The notes under the pieces are model-generated. The model was not told where the DNA came from. It did no database searches and was given only the letters and a program-made list of their open reading frames with translations. A stretch of 64,000 bases of DNA, from the NCBI GenBank assembly GCA_030390025.1, contig CM059425.1:163062001-163126000 (forward strand), in the 5' to 3' direction. Every line of letters begins with the position of its first letter. Within the stretch, counting starts at the first letter, position 1. This document shows positions 49,501 through 61,500 of the stretch, piece by piece. Position numbers and translations under genes: made by a program. The DNA is from Squalus acanthias (taxonomy: Eukaryota).

Positions 49501-52500
49501 TCAAAGGCCTTAGAGAGGAATGGGAGGTTAGAGATATGGGCCCAGATATTCCGATCGCAGGCCTCCCGCGGGCGGAGGACTGCGATCTGGAAAAATCTGC
49601 GCCCTTACCCGAGGGCTCCCGGGACGCGCACAATTCCGATGGTGGGGCTCTCCAAACTGCCGGTGCGCAGGGCCCACGTATCCCAGAGGTGCAGGTAGTT
49701 TGTAGCGTCCCTGGGATCACGTGGGCCATGGGGAGCCAATCACAGAAGGGAATCTCCCTTCATACATTTGACAGGAAAGCCTGTCAAATATATGAATGGA
49801 GATCACCCCAAAAACATAGTAAAACTTTAAATATATATATTTTTTTTTTTAAAAACATCACATTTTTAAAATGACTTGAAATTACAATAAATTAACTATT
49901 TTAAACAAAAATTTAATTTTTTGAAAAAAATTATTAAAGTTTTTTATGGGGCTAAAAATAAACTTACCTTTTTTAAAGTATTTTTAAATGATAAATCAGT
50001 GAAATTTTTTTTAAAAACTTTTTTCAACTCTTATCCTGGTAAAAGCAGGCCTTACGCCTGCTTTTATCAGGCGCAAGAATTGTAAGGGTTTTCTGCGGGC
50101 GGAGGGTCTCCAAAAAGCGGAACTATCCGCCCGCAGAGGCCCTTCTCTCGGGCAGCCGGAGGATCTGTCAAGAGCTTTCTTGACAGATCGGAAATGCCGG
50201 TTTCCAGCGCATGCCTGAAACCGGCATTTCCGATGTCCCTACGGGTGGGTACACAGCAGGTACCCACCCATAGGGATCGGAATATCTGGCCCATGATAAT
50301 TAGATAAGAAGGATGGGTCAAGTGTGTAGTTTTAGTCGGAGTGATGACTGTGGTTTTAAAGGGAGGAGGACTATGCCTGAGGAAAGAAAACTGTTCAAAA
50401 TATTAGCTGGCATGGGGCCAGGAGTAAATAAATGAGCAGGAGTCAGGTGCAGGAAATTAAGGGAGCAGGAGCGGAGTCCCTTGGAAGAGAGGAGCTTGGA
50501 GAGGGAAAAGGAAGAAATGAGAGGAACTACAAACTGATTTGGGACCAGGCCTGGAATGCTTGGAAGAATTGGGTGGAGGGGTAATTGCAAATCTCCAGGA
50601 CAGAAAGGGGAGGAACCAAAGTGGCAGCTGCATGGATGGTCTCAATCTTAGAGACTGTTCCTCAGCTCCTCATATTTGATATTGGAGCGGGCAGAAGAGG
50701 GCTTCAGGAAGTAGTTAGTCATAGAGAAGATCATCTTTGGGTTTTCCTTGCAGTTTTAAAAGAGGTGAGGCAAAGGAAAACTTGATATGGTCAGTCAAAT
50801 CTAGCAATGAATGACAAAGGCTGTTTGTGTGCCAGGTATGCTTGAGCTTACGCATTTCTGACTTAAGGAACCAAGATGTCGGGTATACACCTGGACAGGG
50901 TTGGAGACAATAATTGATTTGCTGGGAACAAGAGCAACGATATAGGTAGGGTCAACAGGGAGAGAAGTGCTGTGGCAGTTGGAAGGCCAAAAGAGCAAGA
51001 GTTGGGAAAGAGAAAGAAAAGTCGAGAGTAAGCGAAAGGTTTCCCCCCCCCCCCCCCCCACAGATGAATGGTGAGGCAGACAAGGAATTGGTAAGATATA
51101 GCCAGATCATTGATTGAAACCTCAGATGAAGAGAGGCCACAAAAGGTAGGGAGGCAAGGGGATGGCTGTGAATATGGATGACAGAGTTTATGTGAAGGGT
51201 GAGATTAAATAAAGATGAGGAGAAATCTGAGTAAAAAAGGGCTAGATGAATTTAGTTATAGGTTGAAGTTACTGAGGATAAGGAGTCACTCGGTGCAAAG
51301 GCTAAGGAAGGAGAGAAAGGAAGTACTGTCAGTGCGGAAGTTAGCAAGGGCAGTATACAACAAGGATTTTGAATGAGAGGCAGGAGGGCTGGAACAGGGC
51401 AAAGTGTTTGAAAGAGATGGTACCAGAGGAGGTGGGGGGGGGGGGGGGTGAGAAAGAGAGGCCAAGGTGTGACTTTGTAACTAGGATTACACTAGTGCAC
51501 TGACTTTGGTGGGACAAATGATGGAATGCATAATCAGGTGGGAAGGCTTCAATCAGACGGTCTGCCCACCAATTCTAATGCTGAGGTAACTGGTCACCTG
51601 GGGAATTGTGCTGGAAGATAATAGTTACATCAGAATTATAGAAGTAGAAAAAATAATTCCATACTTCTGGAATCAATTAAGTATCAGGACAATAGATGTA
51701 AAGCAGTCAAGAGTGATATAGCTTCCAAGTTACATGTTTTTCTTCTCAGGTTAAATGATTGTCTTTTTAATTTGTATGTGGAGGCTTAAGGAATAGGAAT
51801 CATACATTATTTGAAACTGCAGGGGTAATTTTACAAATCCTTGGTGCCCATGATTTTCTGTTAAGTGCTGCCAGTGAGGGAGGCTCCCCACTTCTCACTG
51901 GCAGGATAGACTATTAAAATTACCCCTTATGTACTTGCAGGTGAGCACAGTATAATCGGGTATATTGGCAGGGAGCGTTATAAAAAGTGGCAAACTAATT
52001 TTAAAAGATTAAAATATACCTTTTTTTGATTGAAAGTAATTTACCTTCCTCCTAGACAAAGTAGTTCATCTTTGTTTAAAGGCTGCACATTACTCTTTTC
52101 ATTGCTGTGCCCAGTAAGAACAGCAGAGACTTGAATGTTAACTTTTGCTGGTGACAGAACATGGAGTGTGGTACACGTGTCTCCAATTAGCTTCCAAAGA
52201 CAGGATACATCAGGTCGACACTGTATAGCTCTACAATAAAATGGAAGGTGAAATAATAAATGTAGGCACTTAAATACAGTATTACTTACAAGTAGCTGCT
52301 TTTAACTAAAGTTCAACGCTATCAAAACATATGTATTTTAAAAAACCACCATGTTAAATCATTCTGACGAAGGGTCATCGACCTGAAATGTGAACTCTGT
52401 TTCTCTCTCCACAGATGCTGCCTGACCTGCTGAGTATTTCCAGCATTTTCTGTTTTTAAATTAAAACATTTGAAGCTTTCTTTGATTTGTTTTAAAGCTG

Positions 52501-55500
52501 TTAACTGCTCACAAAAATAAGTACAGATGAAGGAGTCCATTTGTCCATCTAGCTGATCCTTTCATACAAACACAGTTCCACTAACACAGCATCCAACTGG
52601 CAATTGAATGATTAAAGAGTTTTTGCTTCTACTATCCTGCCTGGAAGACTATTCCAAGTAGTAATAATTTTTTGCATGGTACTTTCAAATATCAAATGTT
52701 GAGCTGCCTTTTTACTAGCTTTTACCCATGTCCCCTTCTCTTACAGTTGTGGTGGACCTTGTGTCAGCTTGGCTCAATGGTAATACTCACCTTTGAGTTA
52801 GAAGGTACTGGGTTCAAGCCCTACTGCAAGAACTGGGCAGACACTTCAGTGCCGTACTGAGGGAGTGCTGCATTGTCAGAGGTCCCGTCTTTCGGAAGAG
52901 AAATTTAAACCAAGGTCCCATCTGTCAGTTCAGGTGGATCTAAAAGATCTCGCAGCACTATTCGAAAAGCTAGAGTATTCTCTCTCAACTACCACCCCCA
53001 AAAGCAGATCAACTTGTTGCTGTTTGTGGGACCTTGCTGTGTGCAAATTGGCTGCCACATTTGCTTACGTAACAACAGTGACTACGCTTCAAAAGTAAAT
53101 CATAGGATGTTCCACGGTGCTTTACAGCCAGAGGATGTGAAAGGCACTATATAAATGCAAATTCTTTCTTCATCTATGCTGACACGCCATTGCAGTACTG
53201 AGGGAGTGTGGATAAACAGAGCAACCTGAGGTTCAAATACATCAATCCCTGAAAGTCCAAGTGCAGGTAGATAAAGCCATTTAAAATTTAAAAAAGCCAA
53301 CGGCAATTTGGGTTTTATAAATATGGACATATAGGGCCATAATTTGCCGTGGCAGGGCATCTAATAGCATCTGCTGTTAGTTAGACTTGCCTTTGTACGT
53401 TTAGGTTTTAAAAATTTTTCATGGCAAGTTGTTAAGTGCGAGCTAGTAGTGTTGCAGCGGGAGAAACCAGACACCTGGGGCCTGAGTGAATAGGACAAGC
53501 AACTGTGCATCTCCTCAACTAATTAGATTGAAGGATTGTGAAATTAACTGTGCAAAGACTGAGCAGGAAGTGCAAGTTAGAACAGGTGAATTCAATGTCA
53601 ACTCAGGTACAGAAAGAAAAATAAAGAAATGGAAAGAAAGACTTGATTGAGAGAAGAGATAGAAAGGATTAGTTTAAAAAAAATTTAAAGTTACATTTTT
53701 TAACACTTAAAACCTGAAGGAATGAGACTTCACACTTGTAATAGTTAATTTTCAGTGCCAGAGTGGTTGACTGGCAGTAATTAACATCACATCGTTAAAA
53801 GTGCACTTCGACTGAAATGGGCAAGACTTATCTTTGTGGCGAGTTTAGTTCGTATCGACCACACAAGTACAGCAACTTCACTCCGTTCAATACATTTCAA
53901 TGGTGAACCAGTCGGCAAACTGTCGTTTCTGTGACGCTAACAGCGAAATGGCGTATCTCGGACAGCAACTTTTGGATTTCCGCATTTAACCGCGCATCTG
54001 CCCTCGCCTGAAGTTGCTGTTGCACTTGCGCATAAATTTTGACAGCAAATTATAGGCTATTCAGTATACGTGTAACAATATAATAAATTTGTATAAAGCA
54101 CTGGTTAGTCCATTTATAATACTGGGTACAATTTTGGGCACCGCATCATAGAAAGGACATGAATGCCATAGAAACTGTACAGCATAGGTTCACAAAATGG
54201 TGCCAGGAATGGAAAACTATAGTTGAGGAGAGACTTGACTATTTCCACTGGAGCAGAGAAGGAGAAGAGGAGATTTAATAAGAGGTTTTTACAATTATGA
54301 AGAGTTTTGATAAAGAAGAGAAAAAGACTATTTCCTCTGGTTGGGAAGTCATTGAGAGGAGAGAAGTTAGGAGAAATCTCTTTCCAAAGACACAGAATGC
54401 TTTGTCACAGGAAGAGGTCGAGACAGAAACCATTGCATCATTAAGGGGAAATTGATAAATATTTGAAGCAGGGGAAAATACAGGGCTAGGTGGAGAGCAC
54501 TGGAGTGCAAGATTAGTTTTAGATTGTCTTGGCAAAGAGCCAGCACAGAGACATTGGGCTGAATGAGACACACAATAGAGGGCTATATAAATGCTGATCT
54601 TTCTCTAAATAAAAAATAATGCTGTTTTATTATTATTCTTTCCTTTAAAAAAAACTCAAAGATTTGCACCAACAATGTTACGATGAAGCAATGTGGGTGT
54701 GTGCACGCTGACCTTCACTTATTGCTTCAATTGAGATCAGGAACTCAGCAAGGGGGAGAGGAATTGCAGCAGGAAACCCACACTAAATATTTACAGTGTA
54801 CGCCCATCACCCCCCTACTCTGCTTGTTGAAGTTGTTATAGCAGATAGAAGAGAAAAAGAAAATAGTTTGCCAATAAAAGTATCTATTTTCCTACTGGTG
54901 TGAAGGATACCCAGAATGAAGGGCAGTAATCTGAACTACTGATCTGTGTGCTTAGCAGTTTCTAACAAAGTATTCAAAGAGCCGAGTTCAAAGACTGTTC
55001 TTTTTTTTTAACCACTTGGCCAAAATAAGCATTTATTTTTACTCACCCAGCTAAATACTGAAGTGCCTGTTCTGCTGAATCCAAAGCTCTTCCATCTAAA
55101 CAATCATTGAGGGCACTTCGTGCCATCATTAAGTAGCACTCACCTAGACCTAGAAAATAATGAGTAAGCCATGTGATTTGAGGATGTTCATTTATTAAAA
55201 ACAGAGATGAGGATCCTCTTAAATAGAGTCATCGAGTTATACAGCACAGAAAGAGGCCAGTCGGCCCATCGTGTCCGCGTCGGCCATCAAGCCCTGTCTA
55301 TTCTAATCCCATTTACCAGCACTTGGTCCGTAGCCTTGTATGCTATGGCATTTCAAGTGCTCATCTAAATGCTTCTTGAATGTTGAGGGTTCCTGAGTTC
55401 CAGATTCCAACCACCCTCTGGGTGAAAAAGTTTTTCCTCAAATCCCCTCTAAACCTCCTGCCCCTTACCTTGAAACTATGGCCCCTTGTTATTGACCCCT

Positions 55501-58500
55501 CTACTAAAGGGGAAAAGTTCATTTCTATCTACCCTATCTATGCCCCTCATAATTTTGTACACCTCAATCAGGTCCCCACTCAGCCTTCTCTGCTCTAAGG
55601 AAAAAAAACCCAGCCTGTCCAGTCTCTCTTCATAGCTGAAGCGCTGCAACCCAGATAACATCCTGGTGAATCTCCTCTGCACCCTCTCCAATGCAATCAC
55701 ATCCTTCCTATAGTGTGGCGACCAGAACTGCACACAGTATTCCAGCTGTGGCCTAACTAGCGTTTTGTATAGCTCCATCATAACCTCCCTGCTCTTATAT
55801 TCTATGCCTCGGCTAATGAAGGCAAGTATCCCATATGCCTTTTTAAACCACCTTATCTACCTGTCCTGCTGCCTTCAGGGATCTATGTACATGCACACCA
55901 AGGTCCCTCTGATCCTCTGTCCTTCCTAGGGTCCTACCATTCATTGTGTATTCCCTTGCCTTGTTAGTCCTCCCAAAATGCATCACCTCACACTTTTCAG
56001 GGTTAAATTCTATTTGCCACTGTTCTGCCCATCTGACCAACCCGTCTATATCGTCTTGTAGCCTGAGGCTTCCTTCCTCGCTATTTACCACCCCACCAAT
56101 TTTCGTGTCATCTGCGAACTTACTGATCATATCTCCTACATTCATATCTAAATCATTAATGTACACTACAAACAGCAAAGGACCCAGCACCGATCCCTGC
56201 GATACACCACTGGACACAGGCTTCCAGTCATAAAAACAACCTTCGACCATCACCCTCTGCCTCCTGCCACTAAGCCAATTTTGGATCCAATGTGCCAAGT
56301 TGCCCTGGATCCCATGGGCTCTTATCTTCTTGACCAGTCTCCCATGCGAGACTTTGTCAAAAGCCTTACTGAAGTCCATGTAGACCACATCAACTGCACT
56401 ACCCTCATCCACACACCTAGCCACCTCCTCGAAAAATTCAATCAAATTGATCAGACATGATCTCCCCCTGACAAAGCTATGCTGACTATCCTTGATTAAT
56501 CCTTGCCTCTCCAAGTGGAGACTAATTCTGTCCCTCAGAATTTTTTCCAATAATTTCCCTTCCACTGATGTTAGGCTCACTGGCCTGTAATTCCCTGGTT
56601 TATCCCGACTACCCTTCTTGAACAATGGTATTACGTTAGCTGTTCTCCAGTCCTCTGGCATCTCCCCTGTGATGCGGAGATGCCGGTGTTGGACTGGGGT
56701 GGACAAAATTGAGAGGTCGCACAACACCAGGTTATAGTCCAACAGTTTTATTTGAAATCACAAGCTTTCGGAGCTATCGATTGCTCCTTCCTCAGGTGAA
56801 GTAAATTAGATACAGAATCGCCAAAGCATATATAAGTATATATGCTTTGGCGATTCTGTATCTAATTTACTTCACCTGAGGAAGGAGCAATCGATAGCTC
56901 CGAAAGCTTGTGATTTCAAATAAAACTGTTGGACTATAACCTGGTGTTGTGCGACCTCTCAATTTTGATCTCCCCTGTGGCCAGAGAGGTTCTGAAAATT
57001 TGTGTCAGAGCCCCAATATATTTAAAATCAATTTTTTTTCCTGTCAATATAAAAACTTTTGAAACTTTTAATGCTACTTATGCTTAGTGCTTTATTTTTG
57101 TAGTGAATTTGAAAAACAGTTTTTTAGATTGGATTGCCTGAATTTTATTTCTCTCCCTTCAAATGAAGGGTTTCCTGCCATCTATCTTTCCAGGTAATTT
57201 TGAATATTCCTATAAAGAGGGCACAGATTTCCTTCCACTTCCCCATCTTGGTTCGAAGATTATATTAGAAGGTTCCTGGAAGCAGTCAGTCTTAACTTTG
57301 CAAAGGCCTCATTCTTGATTAAAGATTTACAAGAAATACCCCTTTTTCAGCTTATACATTTGAAATAATTACATGACTGTTGGTTACTAAATATGCTTTG
57401 TTTGTAAGATACACGAAACACATTTTTTCTTCTTCCTGTTTTGTCTCTTCACATCACATACTATTCTCTGACCAAGTGTATATAACTGACCTATTTCCAT
57501 TCCTCTAACAGCTTACTACTCATTCCCTACTCTCTCTGCTCCATCAAGTGACTATTCTTTTAGTTAATATCCCCAAACAGCCTCCCTAAATTCCTCCATC
57601 CGGCCATCTCCCACTTTGCTTTCTGCAGCCTCCTAAAATCTCTTCCCTTCAACTATACTTTTAGTCTAACTATTTTTGGTCCAACCGCTAACCCTTGTTT
57701 TTCGTTCAGCTCAATGTTCACTTTTTCACTCCACCCCATGAATTGCTCTGAAACATCTCTTTTTCCATTCGTTCATGGGATGTGGGCGTCGCTGTCAAGG
57801 CCAGCATTTATTGCCCATCTCTAGTTGCCCTTGAGAAGGTGGTGGTGAGCCGCCTTCTTGAACCGTTGTTGAAGGTACTCCCACAGTGCTGTTAGGGAGG
57901 GAGTTCCAGGATTTTGCCCCAGGGACGATGAAGGAACGAGGATATACTTCCAAGTCAGGATGGTGTGTGACTTGGAGGGGAACTTGGAGGTGGTGGTGTT
58001 CCCACGCGCCTGCTGCCCTCGTCCTTCTAGGTGGTAGAGGTCGCAGGTTTGGGAGGTGCTGCCGAAGAAGCCTTGGCGAGTTGCTACAGTGCATCTTGTA
58101 GGTGGTACACACTGCAGCTACGGTACGCCGGTGGTGGAGGGAGTGAATGTTTAAGGTGGTGGATGGGGTACCAATCAAGCGGGCTGCTTTGTCTTGGATG
58201 GTGTCGAGCTTCTTGAGTGTTGTTGGAGCTGCACTCATCCAGGCAAGTGGAGAGTATTCCATCACACTCCTTACTTCTGACTTGTGCCTTGTAGATGGTG
58301 GAAAAGCTTTGGGGAGTCAGGAGGCGAGACACTCGCCACAGAATACCTCTGACCTGCTCTTGTAGCCACAGTATTTATGTGGCTGGTGCAGTTAAGTTTC
58401 TGGTCAATGGTGACCCCCAGGAGGTTGATGGTGGGGGATTTGGCGATGTCAACGCCGTTGAATGTCAAGGGGCGGTGGTTAGACGCTCGCTTGAGATAGT

Positions 58501-61500
58501 CACTGCCTGGCACTTCTGTGGTGCGAATGTTACCTGCCACTTATCAGCCCAAGCCTAAATGTTGTCCAGGTCTTGCTGCATGTGGGCATGGACTGCTTCA
58601 TTATCTGAGAAGTTGCGAATGGCACTGAACACTGCAGTCATCAGCGAACATCCCCACTTCTGACCTTATGATGGAGGAAGGTCATTGATGAAGCAGCTGA
58701 AGATGGTTGGGCCTCAGACACTGCCCTGAGGAACTCCTGCAGTGATATCCTGGGGCTGTGATGATTGACCTCCAACCACCACAACCATCTTCCTTTGTGC
58801 TAGGTATGACTCCAGCCAGTGGAGAGTTTTCACCCCGATTCCCATTAACTTCAGCTTTACTAGGGCTCCTTGATGCCACACTTGGTCAAATGCTGCCTTG
58901 ATGTCAAGGGCTGTCACTCACCCCTCACCTCTGTTTGGACCAAGGCTGTAATGAGGTCGGGAGCTGAGTGGTCCTGGCGGAACCCAAACTGGGCATCAGT
59001 GAGCAGGTAACTGGTGAGTAAGTGCTGCTTGATAGCACTGTCGATGACACCTTCCATCACTTTGCTGATGATTGAGAGTAGACTGATGGGGCGGAAACTG
59101 GCTGGATTGGATTTGTCCTGCTTTTGTGGACAGGACACACCTGGGCAGTTTTCCACATTGTCGGATAGATGCCAGTGTTGTAGCTGTACTGGAACAGCTT
59201 GGCTAGAGGCGCGGCTAGTTCTGGAGCACAAGTCTTCAGCACGACAGCCGGGATGTTGTCGGGGCCCATAGCCTTTGCTGTATCCAGTGCACTCAGCCGT
59301 TTCTTGATATCACGTGGAGTGAATCGAATTGGCTGAAGACTAGCTTCTGTGGTGGTGGGGACCTCAGGAGGCCTCTTGTATGTGAGGAGAGCTTAGAATT
59401 GTAAGTTGTTGGTGAAGGCTATTTTGTAAATGACTTATGGGGTAACAAGCTGGAATTCATTGAGGTGACTCACCAATAATTTTCCACTTCCTCCCTCTTG
59501 GAATATATTGGTACTCATCCTTAACTGAAATTGTGAACTCACTGACTGCTTTACTAAATTGATACACTGACGCACCATAGCAGCCAGAATAGTAACTTCT
59601 ATGGCTATTTTATCTGGACCTTTCTATTTCTGTCTCTTTAAGGAAGCTGTAGTTGCTTTACAGGTATAACTCAGTGCTTCTTAGTATTTAAAGTACTTGT
59701 TCAAATGATGTTCCAAATGACAGCCCCAACTTACAACCAGAATAGCACCACAACTTAAATTTCATAATCAATGGTTAAAAGGAATCACTCAGTCACATGT
59801 TTGACAAAGAAAAGCATGGTCACCACAGAGTTTGAACATAACTCAATACTAAAGCAACATAATCATACTGAATTTTTTATACCAGCTCAATTACATAGTG
59901 CTAATTACCCCAGTGATGTTCCCTAAATCTCCTTTTCTTAAAAGTGAGAACAAAAGGAAGCAGCACTACACTCTGGGAGACTTGTGGAACATCTTCGAGG
60001 GGGAAGGACTGTCCTGTTCGTAAATACTCCCAAATACTGAGCCGAAGAGGCCCAGCAAAGGTAAGTTTGACATTTTTTTGGGGGGCCCGGAAAAGCAAGA
60101 ATACTCCTAGCCCCACAAAAATAACCTAGGCCGCACTGGGACCTACCCTCCTTCCGCGATCATGACCCAAACCCCACCTTCCAGCACTGGCCTTGTTGGG
60201 GCGGCCCACTATGGGCCAGCCTTAATCAGACAAGCTGCATTGGGATAGCCAGCCGCAGCTCGCCAGCTCGATGCAAATGAAGCCGAAGCTCAAAATTGTG
60301 GCCATCTCTTCGCTGCAAATACAGGCACCAAAAGTCAAGATTGACCCTTATATTTAAAAAAAATACCCAAATCCTTCCATGTTAAAATGGTCAAAAATCC
60401 TGAAACATGGCAGGGGCATTATAGGAAGTATCATCACTATCCTTCACCTTGTCTAAACTAGGTCACACAATAAGAGAATTAAGTGAGATAAGTCAAATAA
60501 AAATGGAATCATTAGTTTTGAAGTATTTTTAACTCATTCGTGCACTCCCAGCAGAAAGAAAATATACAATGGCCTGTAATTTGCAGTCAGCGGCAAAGCA
60601 AAGGCATTCGCCATTGGCTGCAAAGCAAGCTTCCCAAAAAGATCTCGCGATCTCTGTGGCGAGAAGTTCGGCTTTTCTGATGTTCAGTTGAGATCAGTGT
60701 AAGTTAATAGGGATCCCCTAGTGCGATCTGCTGTGATGTCAACAAGCTATCTAAGCAGCCAATCACAATGTAGAATTCTCAGAGATCGGGAACCAGGAAG
60801 TGAATAAGCTCCTTTTATTCTAAAAAAATTTTTAAATGTAACAGAGCAAAACAAAGATTGGGGCTCTCACATGGGGAAAAGGTAAACCTGAAATAAAGAT
60901 GAACAAACTTTTTTGAAGTTTTTTTAAAATTGTAATTTTTATTAAAATGGATAAATTTGACACTCCACAAAATTAAAATGTGTTTTTCGGGGCCATAACG
61001 TTTGTTTATCAGTCAATACACTGTTAAAATCCCAGTTACACCTAATTCAAAAGGGTCTAACTTTTAATGGCGTATTTAACAGCGGTATTACTGCGGAAAA
61101 GCTGAAGTTTTTGTCAATTTCCCTGATTACACTGAATGTCAGCGCAGCCAGTGTTGGAGCAGTGAATGACTGACCACAACTTCAGGATGTGTATGCACTA
61201 AATCCTGAAGTTGCGGTCAATTTCAAAGGGGTATTAACAGCGAACACATTACCAACTGCAAATTCCGGGACAATGTGTATTCACAGAGAATAAGTTGAGG
61301 GGAGAAATTAAAAAAAAACTTACCTTTGAGGGCAGGGACGTAGTTTTTTGTATTTTGAATTATCTGTTTGTACTCTGTAACGGCCTCTGCGTACTTGCCA
61401 AGAATCTGTTTGATGGCTGCTATCTTGTAAATGTTGTACACGGAGTATGGATTCAGTTCACTGGCTTTTGTGAAGGCCTTTAAGGCAGCAGTGTAACCTC

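Noticed and set aside
55843..56742. Apparent chimeric RT protein with novel N-terminus [24 protein letters not shown]
   Set aside because: The N-terminus is the non-coding hairpin tail read in frame by chance from a TTG start into a truncated CR1 RT.
6325..59372. Younger CR1 copies mostly in the host sense orientation
   Set aside because: Five sense versus four antisense copies is too few to claim a bias.
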